A stretch of DNA of 64,000 nt from Spirochaetia bacterium (lineage in GTDB: Bacteria > Spirochaetota > Spirochaetia > UBA9216), in contig OZ223270.1 in assembly GCA_965140585.1 (NCBI GenBank), positions 576,001-640,000 on the forward strand, given 5' to 3'. Position numbers and translations under genes: made by a program. Positions within the stretch are counted from its first letter, which is position 1. Each line of letters starts with the position of its first letter. The notes beneath the pieces are model-generated. The model saw nothing but the letters and a program-made list of their open reading frames with translations. It was not told where the DNA came from and ran no database searches. Of this stretch, positions 8,922 to 21,300 are shown piece after piece.

Positions 8922-11900
8922 ATGAAGAAAATTATATTACTATTTATTTTTGTACTATCAACTATATCAGGAATCTATGCCGGTATATTTTATGAAACTC
9001 GTAATTATGATTTCACAATTTCTCATAGTAAAAATTCATGTATTTCAGGTACTTCCAACTCACCAACTAATGCATGGGTACGATTAACTCTCTCTTCAAC
9101 TGCAGTAGAATTAGATGCATATGATGTGGGAACCACTTTTACAATAACTGTTAATGGAAAGTCAACTTCAATACCCATAAATTGGGAGGGTGGTAGTATA
9201 ATAATTGATATAATTATTCCAAAAGGGAAATATGTTAACATAAAAGCTAAAACAACTTACTTCAGTAATGAGTATTTGACTTTACGTCCAACTGCTAATG
9301 TGACAGCAGCTTTTAAAAAAGAATTAGTAGATGACAATAAACCCAAAGATGGTGCAGAAATACAAATCCCTGGCGGTTCTATTTATAATAAAACTGATTT
9401 TTATATATCTGCTGAGGCTGTAGATGCAGGAACATCCTCATACAATTACTTCCCATACGAGTCTTCTGGATTCGAGGAATTATCTGGAATTAAAAATTAC
9501 ATTTTTAAAGTAAAAAAATATATTAGCGATACTCAATCTACTACGATATTAGAAAATATTGAGGTGGTTAATAAGATTGTAAATCACCTATCTATACTAA
9601 ATGATAATTTAATAGGAAGTGGGAAATATACAATAAGTGGAGTTGTCTATGATGCTAATGGGAATGGACCAACACCTTTGAATTCTAAGACTGTACTCAT
9701 TGACGCGGATGCCCCATCAGCTCCTGAATCTATTTCCGTAAGCTATGATGGAGGTACAGATTCTGAGGATATCGTTCTTTCAGACCTAGGTAGCGAAAAG
9801 AATATTGGTTTTTATAGATCTCCTTTATATTTAAGTGCTTCTATTCCAACAGATAATCCTAATGACGCAGATTGTAGAAGTGGGATTGATTCTTATTCAC
9901 AAACAATGAGAATAAATGAGACAGAATATGAAAAAGTATCAGTAGTGAATTTTTCTACAGCAGAAGAAGGTGGAAAATATGATGCAAGTGCCTATTATTT
10001 TGATAATGTAGGAAATAAAGGCAATGAAGCCTCTTTCAATTTCTACATTGATAATAAATCCCCCGATTCTCCAGAATTTCAAACTACTCCTAATTGTATT
10101 CCTGGTCCAAATGATAATAGCTTAATATTTGTCCCTGTAGATAATCAGGGATATTTAGCATGGGAACCCTCTGTGGATGGTACTGAAGAATGGCAAAGTG
10201 GAACAGATGAATATTCTTATAAACTTGAAATGGTTGATTCTGAGGCGAACTCTGCTTATTCAGCATCCATTGAAAATAGTAAAATTGAGTCCAACTCAGA
10301 TGGATTATATCAGACTACCCCAGATGAGCTTTCCATGGGTTCTTATACACTGACTCTTAACGTCTCAGATAAAGTTGGGAATCAAATTGATATAAACACT
10401 AATAAATTTACTGTAAATGTTTCTTATGCTCCTGAACCAGTTGATGTGGATACAATAACTCTTGTTGATCAGGGAGATGGGGAATTTTCTCTTGAGTGGA
10501 ACTATGACAATAATGATGGAGCTGAAGGTTATTGTTTTGATGTAAAGGTCTATAAAACAAGTTCTCCCAAGGATTCTTATGAAATCTGGAATTATGATGA
10601 TAATACAACTCCTATTACTTGGAGTGAAGGAATAACTTACACTTGTTCCTTACCTGTAGATGATCTTCGAACCAAGGTTAAATATACAGCACGTGTATAT
10701 GTCATGAATGCTGATGGTTTTCCGATGTATACTGATTTTGTATTTAACCTTCCAAATAAAGCAGCACAGCTAACTTCAGCTATGTTTGAAATACCAGAGA
10801 AAATGCAACTGTTCGGTAAAGGTTTTCCAGATTTTCGACTTAATAGTATTGACGATTCTGTTCTGCAAGATGATGAAGGGGATTTATTAGGTTTAAAATT
10901 GTTCTATAAAAACCAAGACTCAATTCTTTTCAATGAAATCAATGCAGGGATTCTAGGGGATAGCCCAGTAATAGAAATTAATGCTGATACGGATGGAACT
11001 CCCGAATTAAGTACTGGTGTATATGACTATTATCTAAATGTGGTTGAATATTATGAAGATTGGGATGGGGAGCTAAAATTCTGGAATGAGTTCGAAAGAT
11101 GGCCGATAGCTGTTAATAATACATTTGTAGTGGATGGAAATGCTCCGAAAGGAACTCTTCTTGCGATGAGCAAGACAGATGATTATCTTACAATAAAGGC
11201 TACATCACTTAGTGATGGAAGTGGAGATACAGTCTCAGGTGTGTCTGAAATTGTTTTATGGAATGATGGAACGGGATATACAGGTGAAATAGTTGATTAT
11301 AATTCTACTACTTTCGCTACTAACGTTGCTTCAGGTAAAGGGATAAGAGTTGCTATAGCCGATGGAGATGAAATTACAATTGAAGGCTGGCCGTTTGAAA
11401 CAGAAGATGGTCGAGTAACAGCCAGTATGGTTGTAATAGATGATGTTGGTAATGAATCTGAAACGGTAAAGATTATTGAAGAAGGCACTAATCAAGCTCC
11501 AAGCATTGATGTTTATGTATCTGAAAAGACATTACGAGTTGGCGAAGTATGGGAATGCCCGGATAGTCCAGCTTTTTATGATGCTATCGATGGTGAAGGA
11601 GATGATCTCTCCTGGTATTGGGATTTCGGAGATGGGACAAGTAGTGAGGAAGAATATCCAATAAAGACATATACAGAAAGCGGGGAATATACTGTAGTCC
11701 TTACAGTTAGTGACTGGTGGGAGCAAAGTGATTCTGTCGAGTTCACTTTTTATGCTGAAAATACAACTGAAGGTACACTTTTAATAAGCGAGAACTGGAG
11801 TGGAGAACACACGCTAACCGGGGATGTAGTAATTCCGACCGGGTTAAGTTTGACAATTACTGAAGGTACGACAGTAATAACACCTGAGAATACCGGGATT

Positions 11901-12329
11901 GTAGTATCCGCTGGTGCAAGCCTAACTATTAGCGGAAGTGCAGATAATAAAGTGAATATTGGTCCAGTGCTGACAGTTGAGCCATATCCCTTTTGGAATG
12001 GTTTAGTTATAAATGGAATGTCGAATATTACCTTTACAAACTTGAAAAATGGAGTAAGAGCTATCGCCGCAGGTCCTGGTTCTACAGTTACTCTAGATGA
12101 TTGTAATTTCATTGACAACAAAATCGGCCTGCACATTGTCGGAACGTCAGTAATCCTGTCAGGAGAAAATAGTTTTATCGGTAATTTATGGTATGGCATC
12201 AAGGAAGATTCAGTTATAGAACATCCGGATCTTAGTGGATGTCTATTTAATGATAATAAAAATGATTACTACCATCAGGACTTACTGATCCTAAATGGTG
12301 ATGATCTTATTGAATATATTGGAAATTAA
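8922..12329 (+). CDS. Large secreted protein with Ig-like repeats, PKD domain and C-terminal right-handed beta-helix
   Basis: Sec signal peptide (MKKIILLFIFVLSTISGIYA); Ig-repeat boundaries (IDADAP, IDNKSP, DKVGN); PKD motif WYWDFGDG...YTESGEYTVVLTV; beta-helix-like tail (WSGEHTLTGDVVIPTG...FIDNKIGL...FIGNLWYGI). Confidence 0.75.
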   Translation: MKKIILLFIFVLSTISGIYAGIFYETRNYDFTISHSKNSCISGTSNSPTNAWVRLTLSSTAVELDAYDVGTTFTITVNGKSTSIPINWEGGSIIIDIIIPKGKYVNIKAKTTYFSNEYLTLRPTANVTAAFKKELVDDNKPKDGAEIQIPGGSIYNKTDFYISAEAVDAGTSSYNYFPYESSGFEELSGIKNYIFKVKKYISDTQSTTILENIEVVNKIVNHLSILNDNLIGSGKYTISGVVYDANGNGPTPLNSKTVLIDADAPSAPESISVSYDGGTDSEDIVLSDLGSEKNIGFYRSPLYLSASIPTDNPNDADCRSGIDSYSQTMRINETEYEKVSVVNFSTAEEGGKYDASAYYFDNVGNKGNEASFNFYIDNKSPDSPEFQTTPNCIPGPNDNSLIFVPVDNQGYLAWEPSVDGTEEWQSGTDEYSYKLEMVDSEANSAYSASIENSKIESNSDGLYQTTPDELSMGSYTLTLNVSDKVGNQIDINTNKFTVNVSYAPEPVDVDTITLVDQGDGEFSLEWNYDNNDGAEGYCFDVKVYKTSSPKDSYEIWNYDDNTTPITWSEGITYTCSLPVDDLRTKVKYTARVYVMNADGFPMYTDFVFNLPNKAAQLTSAMFEIPEKMQLFGKGFPDFRLNSIDDSVLQDDEGDLLGLKLFYKNQDSILFNEINAGILGDSPVIEINADTDGTPELSTGVYDYYLNVVEYYEDWDGELKFWNEFERWPIAVNNTFVVDGNAPKGTLLAMSKTDDYLTIKATSLSDGSGDTVSGVSEIVLWNDGTGYTGEIVDYNSTTFATNVASGKGIRVAIADGDEITIEGWPFETEDGRVTASMVVIDDVGNESETVKIIEEGTNQAPSIDVYVSEKTLRVGEVWECPDSPAFYDAIDGEGDDLSWYWDFGDGTSSEEEYPIKTYTESGEYTVVLTVSDWWEQSDSVEFTFYAENTTEGTLLISENWSGEHTLTGDVVIPTGLSLTITEGTTVITPENTGIVVSAGASLTISGSADNKVNIGPVLTVEPYPFWNGLVINGMSNITFTNLKNGVRAIAAGPGSTVTLDDCNFIDNKIGLHIVGTSVILSGENSFIGNLWYGIKEDSVIEHPDLSGCLFNDNKNDYYHQDLLILNGDDLIEYIGN

Positions 12330-12334
12330 AAAAG

Positions 12335-15300
12335 GTGAGAGTAAAAATGAAAATGACAAGAAAAATATCAATTATTATAGTTTTATTATTTATATCACTG
12401 TTTAATGTCCATGCTGCGGCAGGAAATCTTGAGTTGAGTATAACAGGATCCTCCAATAATACTGATGTGTTGAATCCTGCTGAATATGCAGCAGATGATA
12501 ATATGCTGACTTATTGGGCGCTTGACCCTGAAGAAACTAATGGCTGGTTTGAAGTCAGCCTGGATGAATTATCATGTATTTATGCAATAGAGCTTTCCGG
12601 AACACTTGATACCGAAAATGTTATCAACTTTGAATACAATTCAGATGGAATCTGGAAAAGTTTTATCAATACTGAAATTACTTCCATTGGCTCAAGTGGC
12701 GAATATATTGATCTATCTGGTTATAAAATAGTAACCGATAAAATCAGGGTTTATCTGCAAGGTGAAGATACGAGTTATAGTTTCATTGAAGAGTTTAGTA
12801 TTTTTGGTGAAAGTTATTCTGATACATATCATAAATTGGGGATTAGTAATGTTAGCGGAGAGGAAAACATTTTCTACCCGTTATCAAATCTTACGGATGA
12901 GAATACAAAAACTTACTGGGAGACTGAAAGTATAGGTACCTGGATAGTAAGTATACTTCAGGGGGCTAAAAACTGGATAACTGACTGTTTTGAGACTGGT
13001 AACTTTAATTTTAGAAAAAGAAGCAGTTTATGGGAAGATGAAAACGGAGCAGTTATAAGTTTAGCGGAAACATCGACAATCTATCGAATAAAAGCTTATC
13101 TTTCGCAAGATTATTCAGGAAAGATAATACTCAATAAATTGGATGATGATGAGTGGACTGAAATTTCAGTAATAGAAGAAGGAACTGAACCGGGCTGGTA
13201 TATTATTGATTTACCCGATGGGCTTAATACTGATTCTATTCAAATAATATCTGAGGATACGGACTGGTGGTCATTGTTCTTGGGCCTCGATACCGCAGAA
13301 ATTACAGGACTTTGTGAAATAGAGTTCTGGGGAAAATCGGATTTACCTTCGAGTAAAGATCTAACGTTTTATACTGAAGATACTAACATAGTTGAAGGAT
13401 TAAACAGTGTTTTCTCTACCTCTGAATCAGAAAATTATGAAGTTGAACTTGTTGTTGATGCAGACGCAGGTGATTTTACATGTATCGAACTAAATGGTAC
13501 TCAAGTACAAATCCCTTTTATTCAGGAAATCGAGGGAGCTTTCTATTATCAGAGTATAATTGATAACGATTTACTCTGGAACGGAGACAACTTTTTAAGG
13601 TTAGAATCCTCTGATTATCACCTACTAAGTGGTTCGATAGTTGGTCTTTCTAAAGATGGAAGCCTTTCTTTCAGCGATGGCATAAAAGATTATTTTACAG
13701 CAGATTCAACCGGATATAATGAGATTGAATTTGATTCAGAAATTTCACTTGAAGAAGTTCTATTGACAACTAATGATGTTTCCAATGAGAGAGTTTATTA
13801 CAGATCAGAAAATCAATGGTTTGAATTGGCCTGGAGTGGGGTAAGTGAGCATTCAGAAATATATTCAATTTTTCTTTCAGAATCAGGAAATAATACTAAT
13901 CTGGTGGCTGATTGTATACGAATTGAAGGCTTGACATCAGGAGAGCAATACGGGGTTACTGTTAAAGGCAGTAGAATATCAGATAGTGCACCGCAGATTC
14001 AGATGTACTGGCCAAAAAATGGTGAAGTTATTGAACAAAGCGGACTGGGTACAATGTTCGCGGTAGGTTATGTCGATGATGAGAATGCTGTTATCACTGT
14101 TAATGATGAAGCAGCACAGAATATCGGTAACCTTTTCTGGATTGCAAATATGCCTGGTGATGTTATCACAGATGGTGAATATGCACTTCATATAGCTGCA
14201 ACAGATTCAGAGGGAAGGACAACTGAGAAAACAATATACTGGTCTAATATTGACAGTAATGTCTACAATTGTGATCTCGGTGAAGATATTATTTATACTC
14301 TTGATGACAGTATCACAGTAGAAGGGGGTACAAATCCTTCTGCGACTGTTTATATAAATGATGAAATAGTTGACAGTAGTAGCCAGCGATATTCCAAAGA
14401 TATTGAACTTGCTCCGGGACTTAATATTATTACGATTAAATTTGTTCATCGGACACAGGGGGTATTCGCACTTCTTCAAAGACGTATTTTTCTTGTCACA
14501 ACAGAACCCGTTCTTGAAATTAGCCAGCCTAACGATATTGATTATATATCAGTACAGCAAATTGATGTGTCAGGAATTTTGTCAGTATCTGGAGCCTACG
14601 AAATTGAATGCGAAGGTTATAAAGTGCAAGATGATGGAACTTTGTTTACTGTTCCTTCAGTGACTCTTGTAAGTGGAGCCTACAATGATATTATAGTAAC
14701 TTTAACCGATCAGTTTGGAAGAACATCAACCGATAGCGTATCTGTTTTCTGCGATATAAATGCTCCGGTGTTAACAGGTATAACACCAGAAAGCGGGTCA
14801 ATATTATCTGAGAGTGTAAATACTTTTGTAATCACAACCTCAGATGAAAGTGAGCTTTCAGTTTTTATGGATGGACTGGTAGTACCTGGAGGAAGCGGAA
14901 TATTTGAAAAGACTATTTCGCTTTTAGATGGGTTTTATTCTCTTTCTCTGGTTTTAAAAGATAAGGCTGGAAATACTACACAGGTTTATCTTGATTACAC
15001 AGTGGATACTGTACCTCCGGTTGATTTTACAGTCGATGTAACCCCTGCTGGTTGGACCTCTGATAATCAGCCTATAATCAGTTTTGAAACAACAGATGCC
15101 ACTTCCGGTGTTGATTGTTATGAGTTGTCAATTGATGAAGGCAGTTTCTATGTAATTGAAAGTCCATACCAGCTGCCAGTTCAGAGTGAAGGTGAGCATA
15201 CAATTGCTGTGAGAGCTGTAGATAACGCAGGACATATGACATATTCATATGCAGAAACAAAAACAGATACAATTCCGCCTGATATTTTGACAGATATTGA

Positions 15301-18300
15301 GATTGTCCCAGGCAATGGTCAACTTGTCTTAAAATGGGAAGATGGAAATGATGATGTAATTGCATATGAAATCGTGCGTACTCCTGCCTGGGATTTAGAT
15401 GAACAAATCAGAGTTGATCGAGCAGATGAGATACAGGAGTATCTTGATACAGAAGTTATAGACGGGAATACATATTCATATTTTATCAGATCTGTAGATA
15501 GAGCGGAGAATAAAGGTGTATTTTCAGCTGCAAATAGCGCGATACCTGGTATTGAGACTGAATTATTAATTGAAGATGGTATTACAAAGGTAGAGTATGA
15601 GACTGCTACTTTATATTTAAAGAAGGAAGGATTACCAGGGGATGCTGTTAGTGTAAGAATTGCTGAAGCAGATCCAGAATGGCAAACTGAAGCTGATGAA
15701 GATTTTGAACATGATTTTGTTGGTGCAGTATATAATTTTTCACTTCTTGACAGTAATGGAGAAGATGTATCATCCGGAGATGTTTTTTCTCAACCATACA
15801 TTGGTATAATTGACTATAATCCCGAATTACTTCCAGAAGGCTTTAATGAAGAAAACTTAAGTGTATATACTTTTGATCGACGATGGGGTCGCTGGGAACG
15901 CATTGAGGATTGCTCAGTAGTTCCAGAGAGTAATCAGATTGTATTTACTTCAATGCATTTTTCAATGTATGCACCAGTAGCAACTTCAGTTCAGGATCTA
16001 TCACCTGAGGAAATTGCTGATGCAGGATATTCTCCATTTGGCACTTATGTTAACCATGAAGGGTTTACTGTAAGTCCACAAGGAGGAAATGCTCACACAA
16101 GTATGACCGAACTTGTGCTAACCGGGCCAAGTGGTTTTGATTTTGAATTAAAACGATATTATGATTTGACCGTTGCAAAAATGGATACCAGAGCAGATAT
16201 TCCTTCATGGGCAATAAAATATTTAGAAAACCAGGGTGATTATGCATACTCTATGGGTAAAGGTTGGAGGTTGAACCTTCCGTATATTAAAAATGCATCT
16301 TCACAACAGTATCTTGTGATGCCGGATGGAAGTATGTATGGATTTGAATCCCTTGAATTAGAAGATTCATCAATAATCTCTACTAATAGAACACTTTATC
16401 TTGAAGGTCATACCGGAGAACATTTTAGTTTGATGGTTAAGCAATCAAAAAAGGAAGAAGAAGTATATTTTATTGGAGCAGAAGGTGTTGTTGAACATAC
16501 ATGGACTTCGCTTTATTACATCCTGACTTTAAATGATGGTACAAGATATGTAATGGATTCAAAAGGAAGAACAAAGAAGATATTGAGCCCTGAAAGTCTT
16601 GAACAACCAGGCTTTCTGGGATTCCTAAATCTTATGTCTGGATTTGAAGTTAATATCAGTTATGTAGACGATGGATATGAAATTTCACAGATTGAAGATT
16701 CAATTGGCAGGAAGATCAATTTTGAATACGCTGGGATAAGTGATTCACTCGCAGTCCCATATATCACAAAAATTAGTTTAGACTCAAATGATCCTTATGG
16801 AAGAAGTATTAGTTATACCCAAAATGATGGTTATTTAACTTCATGTACAGATGTAGGTGGAAGAACTTGGACATACAGCTATGATAATGCGTATTATATC
16901 GGAGGTGCATCAAATCCGATACCTTTTAATCTTACCGATGCTCTTGATGATTATTCAGATGATTCGGAACTTAATGATTTAATCGATAAATTATCAGAAC
17001 CAACTTCAAATTATACTTATAAACCACTATATGCTATAGAAGGCTCTGGTAAAGGACGTATTGAAGTAACTTATGACACAGATAGTCAAAGTTTGGATGG
17101 TGAAGATTATTTAAAGGTAGTTACAAGACAAGTTGCTGTATTCAACGATCATGCAGCGGGAAGTGATGAAAGCGTCCGAGCAACTTGGTATGATTACAGT
17201 TTTACTTACAATGATGATATTGAAGGGTATTATCTTTCTAAAACTATAGTAAATGAATTAAATGATAACAGGTACACAGTTTATAATTATGAATACAGAA
17301 AACTTGTAGAAACATATTGGAATGAAACAGATGACGGAGAGATTGATGAAGTAACTGTTTATGCATCAGAGGATGCAGGAAATAGAATAAGTAGTACTAT
17401 ATTTTATGAGAAGATAAATAATGATATAGACAACCTTAGTCTTTTGAAAGATAAAAGCATAGAATATATTGCAGACACTGATATTAATCCTTCTGCTGAA
17501 ACTATAAAGCATGGTAGTGGCAGTGATTACCTAACTATGAGTTATAGCTATGATGGATGGGGTAACAAGGAAACAGTCACAGAAGAAAATCACTCTAGTG
17601 GAAGAATACGGAAAAATATTACATATAGAATATTCTCAAGCGGAAATCAGGTGGTTGGTGCTTCTTTTAAAGATTATTCAAATAGCGGTTTAACTAATGG
17701 TAGTATCCCAGCGAGGATAAAGAGTCTTATTATCAAAGAGGAAATTGACAATTATTCACCTATTATTGTCTCAAATGGAACGGCTTCGAATGATGTTGGA
17801 ACAGCAAAGAAGGAATATATATATTACTCTTATAACGACGATGGAAGGATAACTGGCAAAGCGATCTGGGATTCTTCAAATAATAAGTGGCAAAAAACTG
17901 ACTATGTTTGGAATTCTGTTGGTGATATGACTCAGGTAACTAATCCTGATGGGCATATAATCGCATATACTTATGATGATGACCATTATCTGTCTGGTAA
18001 AACAGAGAAAGCAATTAAGGATGTAGATGGAAATTCATCTGATCTTAGTTGGCTATATGATTATGATTGGACGGGATGGAAAGTTAGTGAAACTGACCCA
18101 AAGAATCAAGTAATCACACTGACATATGACAAACTTGGAAGAATTACTAGTAAGAGTGAACCAGGTGATGCAGGTGGGATCTATAAAACCTCTGTAAGTT
18201 ATAATGATAGTCTCGGAAGTTTAAGTTCTGTTATGACAGACTCATTTGGTAGAGAGGTAAAAAGAGAATATAATGATCTTGGTCAGATGGTAAAACAAAG

Positions 18301-21300
18301 TAGCTATATTGCTTCTGACAAAGCTGCAATTGTAGAGTTATCATATGATCGCTGGGGAAATGTTGTAGAAATGATAAATCCGAATATGCTGATGGATGAT
18401 GCTGGCGATAAAAATGAGTATATAACCTATTATAGCTACAACGCCCTTGGTCGCCTGGACAAGATATCTTACCCATATGAATCTGATACCGGATCTGTAT
18501 ATAAGTCGATGGATTATAATTATAATACCAATACACTCACAATTACCGATGAAGAAGGTAATCAAACCGTAGAACTTTATGATATGAAAGGAAATATCCT
18601 AAAAAGAACTCAAAGTGTAGATGGTGAATCAATAATTACATCATTCTGGTATGATGGTTTAGGTAATATGATTGCACAACAGGGACCTATTTCTGATGCA
18701 GTAATTACTAACCAGTTTAACAGTTTAAATCAGTTGGTAAATGTAAAGCAACCCTCTGAAACATTTTATGAAAATGGTGTGTTAACTACCTCAAGGCCAG
18801 AAGTCTCTTATTATTATGATGAAAATGGAGATGTAGTTAAAGAATCAAAAATTGTATCGGATGGGGAGAGAATTACACTAACTGAATATGATGAGCTTGG
18901 AAGAACCATTGCAGTAGAGTATAAAGACGGAGATGAAGTTCTTGCGAGTGAAAAATATTATTATGATGAGTTAAACAACCTTGAGAAGAAAATAGATCCT
19001 AACAATCTTGTTACAAATTACACATATACACCAAGAAACAATATAAAAACAGAAACTGATCCTGAAGGTTGGAAGACATCATATGAATATTATGAGGATG
19101 GACTTATAAAAAGTACTATTGACCCAAGAGGGAATAGTGGGAATTACAGTGGGTTAGATTTTAAAGTAACATACAATTATGATAATTTAAAACGACTTAC
19201 AAGTGCAGAGCTGCCCGCTAAAGTTGATGGAGGAGAAAGGCTTAAAATAACTTTTGAATATGATCTTTTAGGAAATCTTACTAAGCAAACCGGTATTGAT
19301 GGTCTTGTGACAACATATGAATATACTCCAAGACGTTGGTTAAGATCTCAGAATGTAACCGGGGATGGTAAAAGTTATCTGACTGAGAACGAATATGATA
19401 AAAAAGGCAATATAACTAAAACAGTAGATCCTCGTGGTGAACGTATCGTAATGGACTATGATGAACTGGATAGGCTTATATATAAGAAATCCGCAGAAGA
19501 TGATATCAATAGATTCGACTATGATGAGGCAGGAAATTTAATAGAATCATCATGGTATAAGAACGGAATTGAGATATCTGCAAGATATGATTATGATGAT
19601 TATGGAAGGCTGTTGACCCAGTATCTACCAGTAGAGACTTCAGACAACAGTACTGATATTGAAAAAGCTCTTCTCTATGACCGGCTTGGAAATCTTACTA
19701 AAGAAACAGATGCTCTTGGAAATAGTGTCTACTATGAATATGACGGGTTAAATCGTTTAGTTCAGGAGACAAGTGATGCTGGTTTTACAAAAAGTTATGA
19801 CTACGATGATGGCGGCAGGTTAATTGAGAGTATAGATGCAAATGGAAATGTTAGCAGCTATGGTTATAATGATCGTGGATTATTGCTAGTTAGAAATATA
19901 AATGGAATCAATGGGGCGAAATCGCTCACCTATGATTATGATGAGGCAGGAAACCTCAAATGGGCACAAGATGATAGTGTTTATACAGGTTATAATGGGG
20001 CGGAACCAGGATTAAATGGATCTTATATCCCGGATGTTTATGGTCGTATCAAAGCGGTTATGACCCAATTAGACGGGAATAATTTTGATATTGAGTATCA
20101 GTATAATATATCTGATCAATTAGTAGGGATTACGGGTCCAGATGGAAATACAGTAGATTACAGTTATAATCTGCTAGGAGAGATCTTGGATGTTGAAGGT
20201 TATTTATTATCAGCACCGGTATATGATGAAGGTGGATTAATTACATCAATCACAGCAGCAAACGGAGTATCTCTTGGTATAGAGTATGATGGTGAGGGTA
20301 GAATAACTGACAGGGTTTTTAATGGACAGGAAGAAAGTTTTGAAAAGAAGTATTATCTATCATATGATACAGCAGGAAATATCTCAACCTTAACCAACGC
20401 AAGTGGTGTTCAGAGCACTTATTCCTATGATATTAAAAATCAGCTGATCTCTGCATATTTAAGAGGTGGTTTTGGTATAGCTACTGAAAATACCACAAAT
20501 CAGGAAACGGTAGCAATTGAAACCGATGATGTTAATGGTGAAGGGATTCTAGAAGAGGTCGATAAAACTGAGATTTCATTAGATCATGCAGCAGGAAGTA
20601 TAGGTGTATCTCTTAATGGAAGTTATAAAGTTGCAAGAATATATCTTAATCCTGAAAGTGTTGATAATAGGGTAGAATCAGAAAATTTGAGAATATTCTT
20701 GAGTGCTGATAATACGGAAGGAAGCTATATTGAACAGACTGACTTCAGAATAAATGAAAATGAAGAAGGTGGTTTTGAAATAATTTTAAGACAACCAGTT
20801 ACAGCTTCATTTGTCAAAGTTATGACTGATTTCAATGAACGGGATATAGATTATAACCCTGTAGATAATTCAGAATTTAAAGGGTCTCCGGAAGAAATAA
20901 TAAAAGTATATCATTATCTCTCTCTGAGGATAGAAAAATATAATTACGACAATGCTGGCAATCGGACATCGGAAAAAGTAAGCTATGTGAGTGATGAGTT
21001 TAAGGGTGTAGATAAAACATATGAATATTATCCAAAAACAAATAGAGTACTAACCGATGGAAAATTTATATATCAGTATGATTCTAACGGAAATATTTTA
21101 GCGAAAGGTACAATGATTATAGTATCTGGAGTCGAAACAGCGATAAGTGATATCTCCGATTGGGCTCAATTTACTGATAGTACAAACAGTATAGAGTATG
21201 GAATCTCCGGAGAATTGTGGGAATATGAATATGATGTACTAAACAGACTAATTACTGTAAGTAAGAATGCGGAGGATGTTGCAAGTTATACTTACGATGC

